64,000 bases of DNA from Acanthaster planci (lineage: Eukaryota): positions 2,766,859 to 2,830,858 of the forward strand of contig NW_019091357.1 of the NCBI RefSeq assembly GCF_001949145.1. The letters run 5' to 3'. The position numbers and the translations under genes were made by a program. Of this stretch, positions 26,676 through 38,965 are shown in pieces (the stretch's first letter is position 1; each line of letters starts with the position of its first letter). The notes under the pieces were generated by a model. The model saw only the letters and a program-made list of their open reading frames with translations, was not told where the DNA came from and did not search any database.

Positions 26676-27607
26676 ATGCTCCCGGCACCTCCGATGCAGA
26701 CCGTGCAGATGCAGGTGGCCTCCCCGCGGCCTCCCCGGCGCAGCCGGTACTCCTGCTCGGTCAAGTCGCTTGGAATCCTACAGATCGTCCTGGCCGGGGT
26801 ATCAGCCGTTTTGGGCATTGCATCCACTGTCATGTATCACCGTGGCATTGCAGCCGTAGGATCTGGTGCTCAGGGAGGGCTCGCGGTAGGTCTGGCATAT
26901 ATTTCTTGTGACTCATTTAAAAATACTCTGATAAGACATCATGTAATCTACCTACTTTATGCTTCCTTTCCGATCAAAACAAAATCATGGCGTTGTCCTT
27001 GGAAACGATCTGGAAAGTGTAGTGGTGGCGATGTTGTTTGACATTGTAAGAATTACAAATGGCATCACACAGACTTCATAATATGCATGGCTCTGTAAGA
27101 TAAAGTGCCATGCCTTCTGCCATCGAGCCCTAAAAATCGTCTCGTTAAATCAAAGCCATAAATAACCTACAGCAAGGAACACTGTCGCCAACACACGCAA
27201 AATACTCACAGTTAGCAACAACTTGCACAATCACACGATTTTTTGTTTGTTTTGAAAACTTAGCCTAACCCTTACAAAGATAAAATAAAGGTTTCATTTA
27301 AATAACGAGGGTCCGTAATGCCGATTCTCTTCCCAGCAAGTATGTAAAGACGGTATGGGGGCTTTAACTATAATGACCTGATGTACTACCCCCAACCCCG
27401 CCCCTTTAGTTACCCCAAAATAATTCTGTTTTGGATCCGCCATTAACGAGGGCAGCAAACATGCCTCCCCTTCTTGCCAAGTTGTGTGCTCTTAATTTTC
27501 AGGTGCATTTCGGGTTGAATTCAATCCTGTTGGTCGCTTCCCTGACGAAGCCGGTCGTGTCGATCATTGCTTCCGTGTACTACAGGATAGCCGAAGGTAT
27601 AGCTTAA
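26676..27607 (+). pseudogene. Gene 5: deletion-derived MS4A-like pseudogene or mini-gene. Exon 1 26676-26885 plus truncated exon 4 27503-27607; exons 2, 3, 5 and 6 absent
   Basis: Exon 1 is open (W->Q in the WGG motif). Intron-1 sequence switches to post-exon-3 sequence at ~27090 (ggctct|gtaagata...atcgagccctaaaa). The exon 4 homolog (VHFGLNSILLVASLTKPVVSIIASVYY) runs into 3'-flank sequence and stops at TAA 27605-27607. Confidence 0.8.
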
Positions 27608-28202
27608 TGCGGGCGATTCACAATAGTGCGCCTCCAAGAGTTTGCAAGGAGGTGGCCAATCGTAGGTCGTGTTCGGGCGGCCTGTTCTTGACACAGGTTT
27701 CTTGTTCTCGCCCTCGAACGGCGGGAACACGACTCAAGAACACTTTTCTCGGAACAGGGTCACACACCACCTCCTCGTCAGAGTTTTATAGGAACACACG
27801 GAAAAACTCGTGAGATTTTGATTTTTGAACAGCTGCAAAAATAGAGAGATGGCTTCCAAAGCCATAGACAATGGGGAGTTTTGCAAAATTAACATTAATT
27901 ATTTTCCGTAACACAGAAATGAATGTTCCTGCTTATATAGAAAAGAATTCAGCCCACCGAAACCTTAACTCTCGAATAACGTACACAGACGCCGCCATGT
28001 TGCTTGTAATAACCAGTTGTTTGTTCCCGGCGTTCGAGTGGCCGACCCACGAACAACAAATCGAGCTGTTCGTGAACATCCGGGAACAAGCCGCTCGAAC
28101 TAACCCCTATTGTGCGAATTCTGTCGAACCCCCTTCCCCCCATAGATTTCGTACATTGTGATTGGCCAACGCATGGAGGCGCGCTATTGTGAATCGCCCG
28201 TA
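27608..28202. mobile_element. MITE M1 copy carrying a nested second element (~27662-28110)
   Basis: Same TIRs and same flanks as 36844-37016. The interior holds ~450 extra bp bounded by imperfect inverted repeats taggtcgtgttcgggcggcctgttc / gaacaagccgctcgaactaaccccta. Confidence 0.8.
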
Positions 28203-29893
28203 TTCATTCCACCTGCCTCACCGCATAAGAATCTGTTGTATTCTTGCTGTAATGCACAGATACCCAGAGAATATATTTTAAAAGTTATTTTAAGGCACGT
28301 TAGAGAAGCCTGCGATCAAATTAGTCTCGATTTGAATTTCGCAATGACCTTGTGTGTATTTCACAAGTTTTGTAATTAGCAACCCGTCAAAACAGTCGAC
28401 TCCTATTGAATAATTCAGCAGTGGGAGTGATTCACGCAATGTCATGCAGATTCCTTTCAGCCAATCATCCTTAGCGCCGTGTGCGAGTTCTAATCATCCA
28501 TGCACAACGTCATAAGTTCTGATCACCTTCATTTAAGATGTCCATCTTATAAAAGGTATAAACGAAATACATGTCTTCTCTGTTTGTGAAATTTTGTCAC
28601 TAGACCCAGTAGACAAAAAAGAAAAATAAACCCGGAATCTTAAATTGTAATCGTGACAAAGCTAGCAATGAATCAAATTGAGCGGTGGTGTTTTGTCGCG
28701 TGCCATCTTGCCGGCGTAGATCAAAATTCCAGTAATGCCAGCGATCGCCTGGATAAGACAAAATTGGACCTGATATTCAAATTTTGACTTAGGAAGCATT
28801 TATTCAGTGTTTCTTCCTTGGTGATTAAATTACGCGAACCAAAAGGAAATAAAACGGGGAAAAGACAAACTCTCGAGCATAAATCGTTTCTTCTTCCTCC
28901 GGCTTTCGGTCACAGGGGGAGGCACAAGGGGGAGGCGCACCAGCATCTGGAGGCACCAGCTTTCAGGGGTGTGGTTTTTTGGGGGACAAGTTTTTAAAGC
29001 CTTTTCAATATCCACTAATCCGTCTTTTAGTGGTAAAGACACCTGGGGGCCGGGCCCGGGCCCGGGAATTTGTGGGTAAACGTCCTCCCCCCTCGTGGCT
29101 ACGCCTCTGTTGCTCTCTTTTGCTTACGAAATTGCATGCTTGGACTTGAAGAGCCGTGCACGATGTTTCTAAAGAAGTTGCTGTCCCCGATGCATATCAC
29201 CAAATGCGTCAGCGTCACGGGTCCTGTTCTAGCGATCGACTAGTTTTCACGTGAGGTAGAGGCGATGACATACAGCGCTATTTTGATCGGCACAATTGAC
29301 TCCGAGAGAACTCTTCGTTTGCACTTTGAACACAAATACGACGTGACAAGTTACTCATTAACAGTTGCCCCGCACCCTTGTCCTCAACATGCGAGATATC
29401 CAATCATTTTCCAAGCTACAGCCAGTGCCGTCACCGGTTCGAACCGTAAGATACGTCGACAAAAACTAATCTTTTCGCCATTTTGATTTCTCGTGAGAAT
29501 CAGGCGAAGCAGCGTTTTCGGATTCATCTGGATCTGCAAGTTTCAAGTAAGGAAAAATTTTAATTTTATCGTCTCTACGCTGCCAACATCAATAAAATAG
29601 GCCCCAATATTAAAAGTCTATGTTAACTGTCATCGAAACCAAGGGTCTTTTTGTTGTAAATGCCCAAAATACTTGTTTTGGCAAATCGACGATATACGGG
29701 GGCGGTTGATCCGAATTTTGACACATTTACTGTGAAACATCCACTGGAAATCACTCAATAACTCATGAATGAACCGCAGAGAAACGCCCAGGACAGTTTA
29801 GGCTTAACCCGAGAATTAAGCATGGTTATTGTTTAAATTAAGGTGTTATGCCTCTCCAACAGTTTGAACACAGGAACAAGACAACAGGACACG

Positions 29894-32800
29894 ATGAACC
29901 CGGTAACTCCGATTCCGACCGTGCAGATGCAGGTGGCCTCCCCGCAGCTTCCCCGGCGCAGCCGGTACACCTGCTCGGTCAAGTCGCTGGGGATTTTACA
30001 GATCGTCCTGGCTGGGGTGTCAGCCGCTTTGGGCGTTGCAGCCGCTGTTGTCTCGGGGTACTACACCTTGGCATTTATCGCGCCTGGTGCTTGGGGAGGA
30101 CTCGCGGTACGTTACGTTTCTTACGTGTGTGTGTTTTTTTTTAAGAAACCTGTTATGCATCATGATTATAATATGAAATGATTTCTTTGCAACGAAATCA
30201 GGATGTTTTCGTCGCAAACGATCTCGTAAGTGTTGCGTTGCGAATGAAGTCCGTCATACGGAGTCCATGCTGTGCATGACTCAGTCAATAAAGAGCTGAT
30301 AGGGGTTATGGGGGGCAGAGAGTCGATACCAGAGGAAAACGAATATCGACAATCAACATTTTATACATAACAATATGTATGAACCACAGGTTATAAAAGG
30401 TGGTAGAATCGCTTCCGGCATTTTTCTTTCATCGCAGCATCATTCCTGAAGAAGAAAGCTTTCCTTCTGGTCAAAGGACTGACCTGTACGTCGAAACTTA
30501 AAACATCCTTTTTCAACTTTCGTTGACACTTTTTAAGTCTACCTATAAAATGAACCAACAGGAGTACCGTTTTTCCTCTTTAGAATGGGTCTGACTGGTT
30601 ACTTGAACACATATTTCCAGCCCTCAGAGAGTGAAGTTCAATATGAAGAGTGAAGCAATAATGCAAGACTTGATCTTTGATTGGATTTTTTTTTATTTAT
30701 TTATTTATATTTTTTTGGCGTTTTCTCCATTCCAGTTTTACCTCCCCGCTGGAATCCTGGGCATATTGTCCATTACAGTCGGTGTTACTTCGCGAAGATG
30801 TTTGGTAAGATATTGGCGTTTTTGAATGAATTAAAAAATAAACAATTGCGCTGGAAGTTCAGTGTTATCGCAAGGTTTTATCGTCTGTAGTTTGCACGCT
30901 GCAGGAAGAGTTGCATTTGGGCATATTTATAGTAGTAATGTTCTGTCTTGTTTCTGTTGCCTTTTTCTGCAGGCGATTGCAACCATGGTCATGTCCATTC
31001 TTGCCGCAGTCATGGCTGGTACCAACATCATCCTATACGGCATCTGCATTTCTGAAAGTGCCTATTACCGCTACTCCTACTACTTTGATGTCTCTGTAAG
31101 ATCAAAAACCACAAGTTCTGCTATCGAGCCCTAAAATGCATCTCTTTACATTCAAGCCAGAAATAAGACACAGCGATAAATAGTTGTCACCAACAAACGC
31201 AAAGTACTCACAAAGAGTAACAACTTTACACAGATGGACGGTTTCCGTTTTTATCTGATTGAACCTCAACCCCCGCAAAGGGGGTTTCATTTAAACAATA
31301 ATTCCCTTTTTCCTTCCTCCATAATCCTCATGGATCATTTACACAATGGCCATATTGGCCTGATGGACTATCCCCAACCCCACCCCCCTTAAAATTGTCC
31401 AAACGATAATTCAGTTCTTGATCCGCCGTCTAAGAGGTCAGTAATGAGGAGAATGGGGGAATATATCCCCAACCTTTTGAGGTGAGGAATGGGCTATCAA
31501 AGCATCCTCCAACTTTTTTGTGGTGGGTGTGGAGGGTGGTTTTTCGGATTTTCCAACAGGCAAAATGTATCCAAAGCACTTAAAAGGAGAACAAAAAGCC
31601 ATAAATATGCCGTTCTTATGTACAGTAATTGAATGCAACACATTATTACAGATCGCCCCGAACATAGTGTCATACTGTGTCAGCACCATCGCCCCCCAAC
31701 ACCACTTTTCAAATTTCCATTGCCAAACAAGTGACACCCTTTTCCACAATTATCCACCCTCCATCCTCCCCGATTTCCGCCACCAATTTTCGCCACTACT
31801 TCCCTTCAGGCAGAACTCGGGTTGAGTTCAGTCCTGGTGGTCGCTTCCCTGACGGAGCTGGTTGTGTCGATCGTTGCTTCCGCCTATTGTTGCTACGTCA
31901 TGAAGGAATACCAGCCGGCAACCACCACGGTAACAAACATCGTATTATTCTCAATGGCTCAAACCCTTGTTTTTTGTTGTTGTTGTTGTTGTTGTTGCTG
32001 CTGTTGTTGATGTTGTTGTTGTTGTTGTTGTTGTTGTTATTTGTTGTTTTTTGTTGTTTTTGCGATAACTATGGGTCTATAGGGTGCATGCACCACACGA
32101 ATTCAAGCAACCACTGAAAACAGTACATTCAGCACAGTTCTGGCCCAAACAACATGACAGCCGACATCATTGTTGATTCTCGAACAGAAATGAAATCATC
32201 ATCTTGTTCCATCCAACGTTCTTCTGTTTCTACCTCCATGGTCTTTCCATTTCTTTTTCTTTTTTATTTCGAGGGTAAGCTGTTTACATGTTAACATATT
32301 CACACCAATGCAAACTCACTTCCTCAAAAGTGACATCTCCAGTCCTACATGTGGCCATCTGACAATTGTTTTTTTCAAATTTTCAAATAGCACCCCTCCA
32401 CTTGTGTACGTAATTCAGATTCACTTTTCAATTGTAAATTTATCAAGACTACGTTTACAGAAGCCCAGAGACAAAGAAAGTTGTTCCTGCATTATCCTAC
32501 CATTTGTCAGCCCAACAATCTCCTTTACAAAGTCATGCAGAAAATCGTATGTGGTGTTCCATGAATGCCCGCTTTTTGAGATAACGAAAAAAAAAAAACC
32601 GCGTCAACAAGTTGTGGAATGAAGGGGTCTCAATGACTGCGATGCATTACAGCTTGCCCAATTCACTGAGTAAGATCTGGGTGTCGCCTTGATAATTCAA
32701 AGCTAAGTTGTAAGGCAGTCACAAGGCATCACCCCAGAGGAGAGGGACCAACATCACCCTTCCTGCAACTTGTACCTCCGTATAAGATTAACATAAGCTG

Positions 32801-34025
32801 GTCCCCACTACCAGTGGACCAAGGCGCTGTGCGTGAAAACACAAATTCGTGCCTCTTGTCCAAACTAAATTGCGGTCTTGTGGTGGAAATAACGCATTCC
32901 ATGACGAGGTTGCAGAGCTCTCACGTTGCCGAGAGCTGATTTAAATCATTTTAATCGTGGCTTTTGCCCTTACCTAACGTTTTTATAAACACCGTTTACC
33001 GAGGGTATACGTTTGTAAGAAATGAATTATAGTCACTTCCAACATCATCTAATAATTTCTTATATCACATTCATAATAGCAATAGTATGTATTTAAAAGA
33101 AAAAAAATGAAAAAAAATCACTTTATCCTGTCTCTCCTCTGGTGCAAACCAGATCCAGTACGGACACCCAGCCATGTATAATATGTACAACCAACAACCG
33201 GCTGCTTACCCAGGGCCAACCGCCGCCCAGGCTCCTGCGATGTTTGTAACCAACCAGGCCGCTGCTGCTGCCCCGCCCCCCNNNNNNNNNNNNNNNNNNN
33301 NNNNNNNNNNNNNNNNNNNNNNNNNNNNNNNNNNNNNNNNNNNNNNNNNNNNNNNNNNNNNNNNNNNNNNNNNNNNNNNNNNNNNNNNNNNNNNNNNNNN
33401 NNNNNNNNNNNNNNNNNNNNNNNNNNNNNNNNNNNNNNNNNNNNNNNNNNNNNNNNNNNNNNNNNNNNNNNNNNNNNNNNNNNNNNNNNNNNNNNNNNNN
33501 NNNNNNNNNNNNNNNNNNNNNNNNNNNNNNNNNNNNNNNNNNNNNNNNNNNNNNNNNNNNNNNNNNNNNNNNNNNNNNNNNNNNNNNNNNNNNNNNNNNN
33601 NNNNNNNNNNNNNNNNNNNNNNNNNNNNNNNNNNNNNNNNNNNNNNNNNNNNNNNNNNNNNNNNNNNNNNNNNNNNNNNNNNNNNNNNNNNNNNNNNNNN
33701 NNNNNNNNNNNNNNNNNNNNNNNNNNNNNNNNNNNNNNNNNNNNNNNNNNNNNNNNNNNNNNNNNNNNNNNNNNNNNNNAGCTACGGGAACGCCGCTGAA
33801 GCCGGCATAGATGGTATGTTCAGTCAGTGTGTGTGTGGGGGGGGGGTGAAATTTATTCTGTCTCAATAGCCTCCACATGGGCTAACCTTGGGTCCCTATT
33901 CTATTTTCACGGGCCTTTCTCGAAAAGAGACTAAGCAGTGTGGATCTCTTCAATGAATGTTTTTTTTCTTTTTCATATTTTATTGTTTTGCAGATCCCAG
34001 AAAGGGCAATATCAACTTGGCTTGA
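29894..34025 (+). CDS. MS4A/CD20-like tetraspan protein, gene 6 (~239 aa if the gap is empty). Exons 29894-30106, 30736-30804, 30973-31095, 31810-31929, 33153-33281 + 33780-33813 (split by N gap), 33994-34025
   Basis: Canonical splice sites. The two halves of exon 5 sum to 163 nt, the same length as gene 7 exon 5, and join as PPP|SYG. Ends DPRKGNINLA*. Confidence 0.83.
31970..32060. repeat. (TTG)n microsatellite in gene 6 intron 4
   Basis: Imperfect ttg array; it explains the poly-L and poly-C ORFs in the track. Confidence 0.95.
33282..33779. other. Assembly gap, 498 N
   Basis: Run of N inside gene 6 exon 5. Confidence 1.
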
Positions 34026-35440
34026 GTGTTCTTCACAAAACGGCCGTCGTTTTTTTTTAAGAATCAACCGGCAAAAACAATAGACAAAGACATCACCTGT
34101 ACAAATACTAAATAAAACTTTTGCGTTAACTGGAAAAACAATCGTTAAAAACAATTTGTCAATTTCAAATTGACCAAATTTCTTGTGCTGTTTGATTTCT
34201 CTTCTGTGTACCCAGTTTCTCTGTAAATAGTGTTAGAAACCACAACATGAAAGCGTGCAGAAGGTTCGCAACTTGGCCCAATTTCACGGCGCGCTGCTAA
34301 GCAAACGATTTCTAGTCATAGTAGTGTATGCTTAGTTCATGGATACTGTGACCATTAAGCATAGCAAAAGGCACGCTCACCCCGGATGAAAAATTTACCT
34401 ATTAACTTAGTGACGTGACAATGGAAATCTCCAAGCGCCTCGATGCAATTTTTGTGTTAAGCACAGCAACCGTGTTTATAATGTTCACCGTGAAATACTC
34501 TTACCGTCTGGCACATTTTGTGCCATGGTTAGAAAAATAAACGTGGTAAGCAGCTCGGCAAAATAAGCACATTGCGAGCTAAATTTGAATAAAGTCTGGT
34601 ACGATGAGTTATCTGACTGCACATTAACGTAACGATTTGAATTCCCCTGACTGAAGACACCACTGTTGCTATACCTCTAAACGACCACCATCTCTGGAAT
34701 GGACTGGTTCCTTTGCGCCCTTCTTATCCACTGAGAACGGTGTATTGTTGTAAGGCGTCTCTTATGTAACTAAGCAAAAGCCTGCCCCGAATCACTAAGT
34801 ATAGCAACGGGGTCTGTAGTATAGAGAATTTAAGAAAATCAGTGTGTGAGGTTTTATTCAAATTTAACTCACAAAAGGCTTATTGGGCCTTGCGTTTGAA
34901 TTGACAAGGACGAAAAAGACGGAAAAGCGTCTTCAGACACTTAGAAACAACCGTAGGATAACTAGAGGTGTAGATTACTTTATTTACTATGTTTCACCGC
35001 ATAAGAACTTGCATAGTATTCTTGCTCGTGACCTGTAATGGAAAGATATTAAAAAAATGTTTTAAAAATCATTATATATAAAGTTTAGTGCAGTCTGCAT
35101 TTACCAAAAATGTGTAACTCTTTTCCATTCTTTTAAACTCTTTTTCTTTGGTAAATTCCAATTTCGCTGTTACCTTGTGTGTATTTCACGAATTTGTAAT
35201 TTGTGACCCACCAAAACAGCCACGTATTTTGTATTGTACGTGTATTTCAGTTAAATACTAATTGTTTAATTGCTTGGTGTTTATATCAGAAATTAGAGTG
35301 ATAATTAGAAATGAAATCATAATCACCATCAAATAATTCCTTACGCCACAAAGATAATTAGCCATGCTACGTTTTAAAAATAAAAAAACAAAAAGGACAA
35401 TAAATCATGTTATCTTACATTCCCTCTGGTGCAAAACCAG

Positions 35441-36543
35441 ACCCAGTGCGGACAACCTAAGATTGTATACAACCAACAACCGCTTGCCGTCGCGCGGGCT
35501 CCTGCGATACTTGTAACCACTTCGGCTGCTGCTGCCGTCCCACCCCCTAGCTACGGGGCCGCGGCGGCAGTCGGCACGGACGGTATGCATTGCCAATTGA
35601 TCATACCGGATGGGGGCGAGAGTGCGACAGCAGGCATTCTATGTACCGCAAAACACGAGGGGCAAGCTCGGTCAGTGACAGATAGTCAACCACTGGTTAA
35701 TTTTGACTGGTAATCTATGCATTAAATATAATTATACTGAGCACCAGGGCAAAATCGACCAATGGTTAAGAAATTGTCGCTAGTCGGAATTGCCTACAGT
35801 TGTGCGTGAGACGCGTTGCCGAGTTCGAGTGCAGGAAAGGAATGTGCCCACATACTTACAGAAGACAAAATGGGGAAGATGGTGGTAAACCCAACTGCAA
35901 AATGCCATTGATGGACTGAGAGCGCAGTGCACTATTGAAAAGTTTGTTGTTACCGCGGCCTGAGTCATTTTCATCAAACAATTTTACCGTCTTACCACTC
36001 ATGCACAGCTAGTATGATGTAGCTCGTAATAAGAAGTCAATTAATTGAATCTGACTCATAGGGAACGTGTCATCGATAGTTTGCGGCAGGAATTACGACG
36101 ACAGCCCCGGTCAAAGGAAGAAACTCTACGCCGTAGTGGCGCGCTGCGCACGCGTGTTGACCTTTGAAATGAACCCATCGGAACAGTTGCTCTGATTGTC
36201 AGCCTGTGCCGGTCATAATGTCACTTGCAAAGTCTCATCCTGTGCCTTTTAAAACCTTGGTCGTCACTGCCAACTTTTGCTATTTAATGTGCCCAAGTGA
36301 GTAAAACCAGTAGACTGGGTGAAATTCATGCTGTCTCAATGGCCTCCATTTGAACTCTTACTGACCAACTGCACGATTTTCTGGCCGTGTCGGCTTGGTG
36401 ACGGGATACTGGGTCCTTGTTCTATTGCTACGTGCCCTCTTTGAAAGCAAACGATGCAGTCTGGACCCCTTCAGTGAAGGCTGTTCTTTTTCATTTTGTA
36501 TTGTCTTTCAGACCCTGGAAAGGGCATTGTCAAGTTGGTGTGA
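35441..36543 (+). pseudogene. Orphan MS4A-like terminal exons: exon 5' 35441-35582 and exon 6' 36512-36543, with no upstream TM exons of their own
   Basis: Open reading TQCGQPKIVYNQQP...VPPPSYGAAAAVGTD-DPGKGIVKLV* with intact ag/gt sites. Preceded by ~130 nt of intron-4-type sequence that begins abruptly at a duplication junction (~35307). Confidence 0.75.
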
Positions 36544-36843
36544 GTCTACTTCACAAAACAGCCGTCGGTTTTTCCCGAACACTGGTCAACAATGATAATA
36601 TATCAACTTTCACGGGTTTAAAAATTAATCATTTAAAAACAAACCGTCAATTTCAAAATGATCAGAATTTCTTCCGTTGTTTGCTTTTCTCATCTATATA
36701 ACCCCTGTTTGTGAATAGTGCTCGATATCACAAGCTCGAAGCGGAAGATTCGAAACTGGTAATAAATTGTCAGGGGGAGGAGGGCAGAAAAGCATCTTGA
36801 GACACTTAGAAACAAACGCAGGATACCTGGAGGTGTAGCTTAA

Positions 36844-37016
36844 TACGGGCGATTCACAATAGTGCACCCCTCGAGAGTTTGCAACGAGTTGACCAATCAC
36901 AACGCGCGAAATCTGTCTGCCCTTTCTGAACGTGCATTGGGTTGACAGATTTCGCACATTGTGATTGGCCAACGCATTGCAAACTCTTGGAGGCGCACTA
37001 TTGTGAATAGCCCGTA
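36844..37016. mobile_element. Palindromic MITE family M1 (TIR CGGGCGATTCACAATAG, TA flanks, Tc1/mariner-like)
   Basis: ta-cgggcgattcacaatagtgc...gcactattgtgaatagcccg-ta. Paralogous 3' flanks at ~15540, ~34975 and ~43845 lack the element. Confidence 0.85.
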
Positions 37017-38965
37017 TTCATGCAACTTGCCTCGCCGCATAAGAATCTAATGTATTCTTACTGTAATGGACCCAGATATTATATTTATAAAAATTATTTT
37101 ACAGCACATTAGCGTAGTCTGCAATTAACCAGATCGCGCAAACCAGCTCGCCCCACCTCATGACATTAAATAGCACCACCTGTGTAAAAGCCCCCACCCA
37201 TCAACGCAACCGCGTATAGGCAGTCGCCTCTTTCAACAAAGCAGTTTCCAGGGACAGATTCAGTCGGTGCACGCAGCACGCACTGCGGTGCCACTTTCAG
37301 CATGCAGAGGGCGAACGCCTTCGTCGACTCCTACTGAATAATTCAGCAGCGGGCGTAATTCACACAATGTCATGCAGATTCCTTTCAGCCAATCATCCTT
37401 AGCGCCTTATGCGGCTTCTGATCATCCACGCACGACGTCGTAAGTTCTGATCGCCTCCATTAAATATGACCATCATCTTATAAGAGGTATAGACGAAATA
37501 AATGTCTTCTCTGTCTGCGAAAATTAATTTTGCCAAGAGACTCAGTAGACCCCAAAACTAGGAAAAGCAAAGCCCGGAATCTTAAACTGTGAATCAAATT
37601 GAGCGCTGGTGTTTTGTCGCGTGCCATCTTGCCCGCGTAGATCAAAATTCCAGTAATACCAGCGATCGCCTGGACAAGACAAAATTGGACCTGATATTCA
37701 AATTGCGACTTTGGAAGTGTTTCTTCCTTGGTGATTAAATTACGCCAACCAAAAGGAAATAAAACGGGGAAAAGACAAACTCTCGACCATGAATCGTTTC
37801 TTCTTCCTGCGGCTTTAGCTCAAGGGGGGGGGCACAAGGGGGAGGCGCACCGGCATCTGGAGGCACCAGCTTTCAGTGGTGCGGTTTTTTGGGGGGACAA
37901 GTTTTAAGCCATTTCAATATCCACTCATCTGTTTTTTAGTAGGAGTGGAGGCACCTAGGGGGCACCGGGAATTTGTGGGGGGCACGCGCCCCCCCCCTGG
38001 CTACGTCCCTGTTGCTGTCTTTTACTTACGAAATTGCATGCATGGACTAGAAGAGCCGTGCACGATGGTTCTAAAGAAGTCGCTGTCCCCGATGCAAGAG
38101 TGTATGAGTACAGCATACGTATTAAAGGACTATGCCACGAAGCTTCGTCTTTTAGAAAACCTGCATAGAGTCTTCCCTTTCCCGTCAGATCTCAGAATTA
38201 CACGCTGAAAGCAAGTCATGAGTTTTGCCGGTTTGTTTGCTCGTTTTGATTCAAACCGCCTATCATCAAACGCGTCAGTGTCACGGGTACCTGGGTCCTG
38301 TTTTAGCGATCGATTAGTTTTCACGTGAGGTGGAGGCAATGACGCACAGCTCTATTTTCCATTGACGCACAGCTCTATTTTCCATTGACCCCCGAGAGAA
38401 CTCATCGGTTGTACCTTGAACACAAATGCGACTATGTTCAACGGGGGCTTCCTGCTAGTTACTCATTAACAGTTGCCCCGCACCCTTGTCCTCAACATGC
38501 GAGATATCCAATCATTTTCCAAGCTACAGCCAGTGCCGTCACCGGTTCGAACCGTAAGATACGTCGACAAAAACTAATCTTTCCGCCATTTTGATTTCTC
38601 GTGAGAATCAGGCGAAGCAGCGTTTTCGGATTCATCTGGATCTACAAGTTTCAAGTAAGGAAAATTTTTAATTTTATTGTCTCTACGTTGCCAGCATCAA
38701 TAAAATATGTGTTAACTGTCACCGAAACAAGGGTCTTTTTATTGTAAAATGCCCCAAATACTGGTTTTGGCAAATCGACGATTTACGGGAACGATTGGGC
38801 CGAATTTTGATACGTTTGCTGTAAGACGCCCACTGGAAATCACTCAATAACCCATGAATGAACCGCAGAGAAACACCCAGGACAGTTTAGGCTCAAACCG
38901 AGAATTAAGCATGTTATGCCTCTCCAACAGTTTCAACACAGGACACGACAAGTCAACAGGACACG

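Noticed and set aside
33123..33878. Longest ORFs in the track (251 and 231 aa)
   Set aside because: Artefacts of translating through the N gap.
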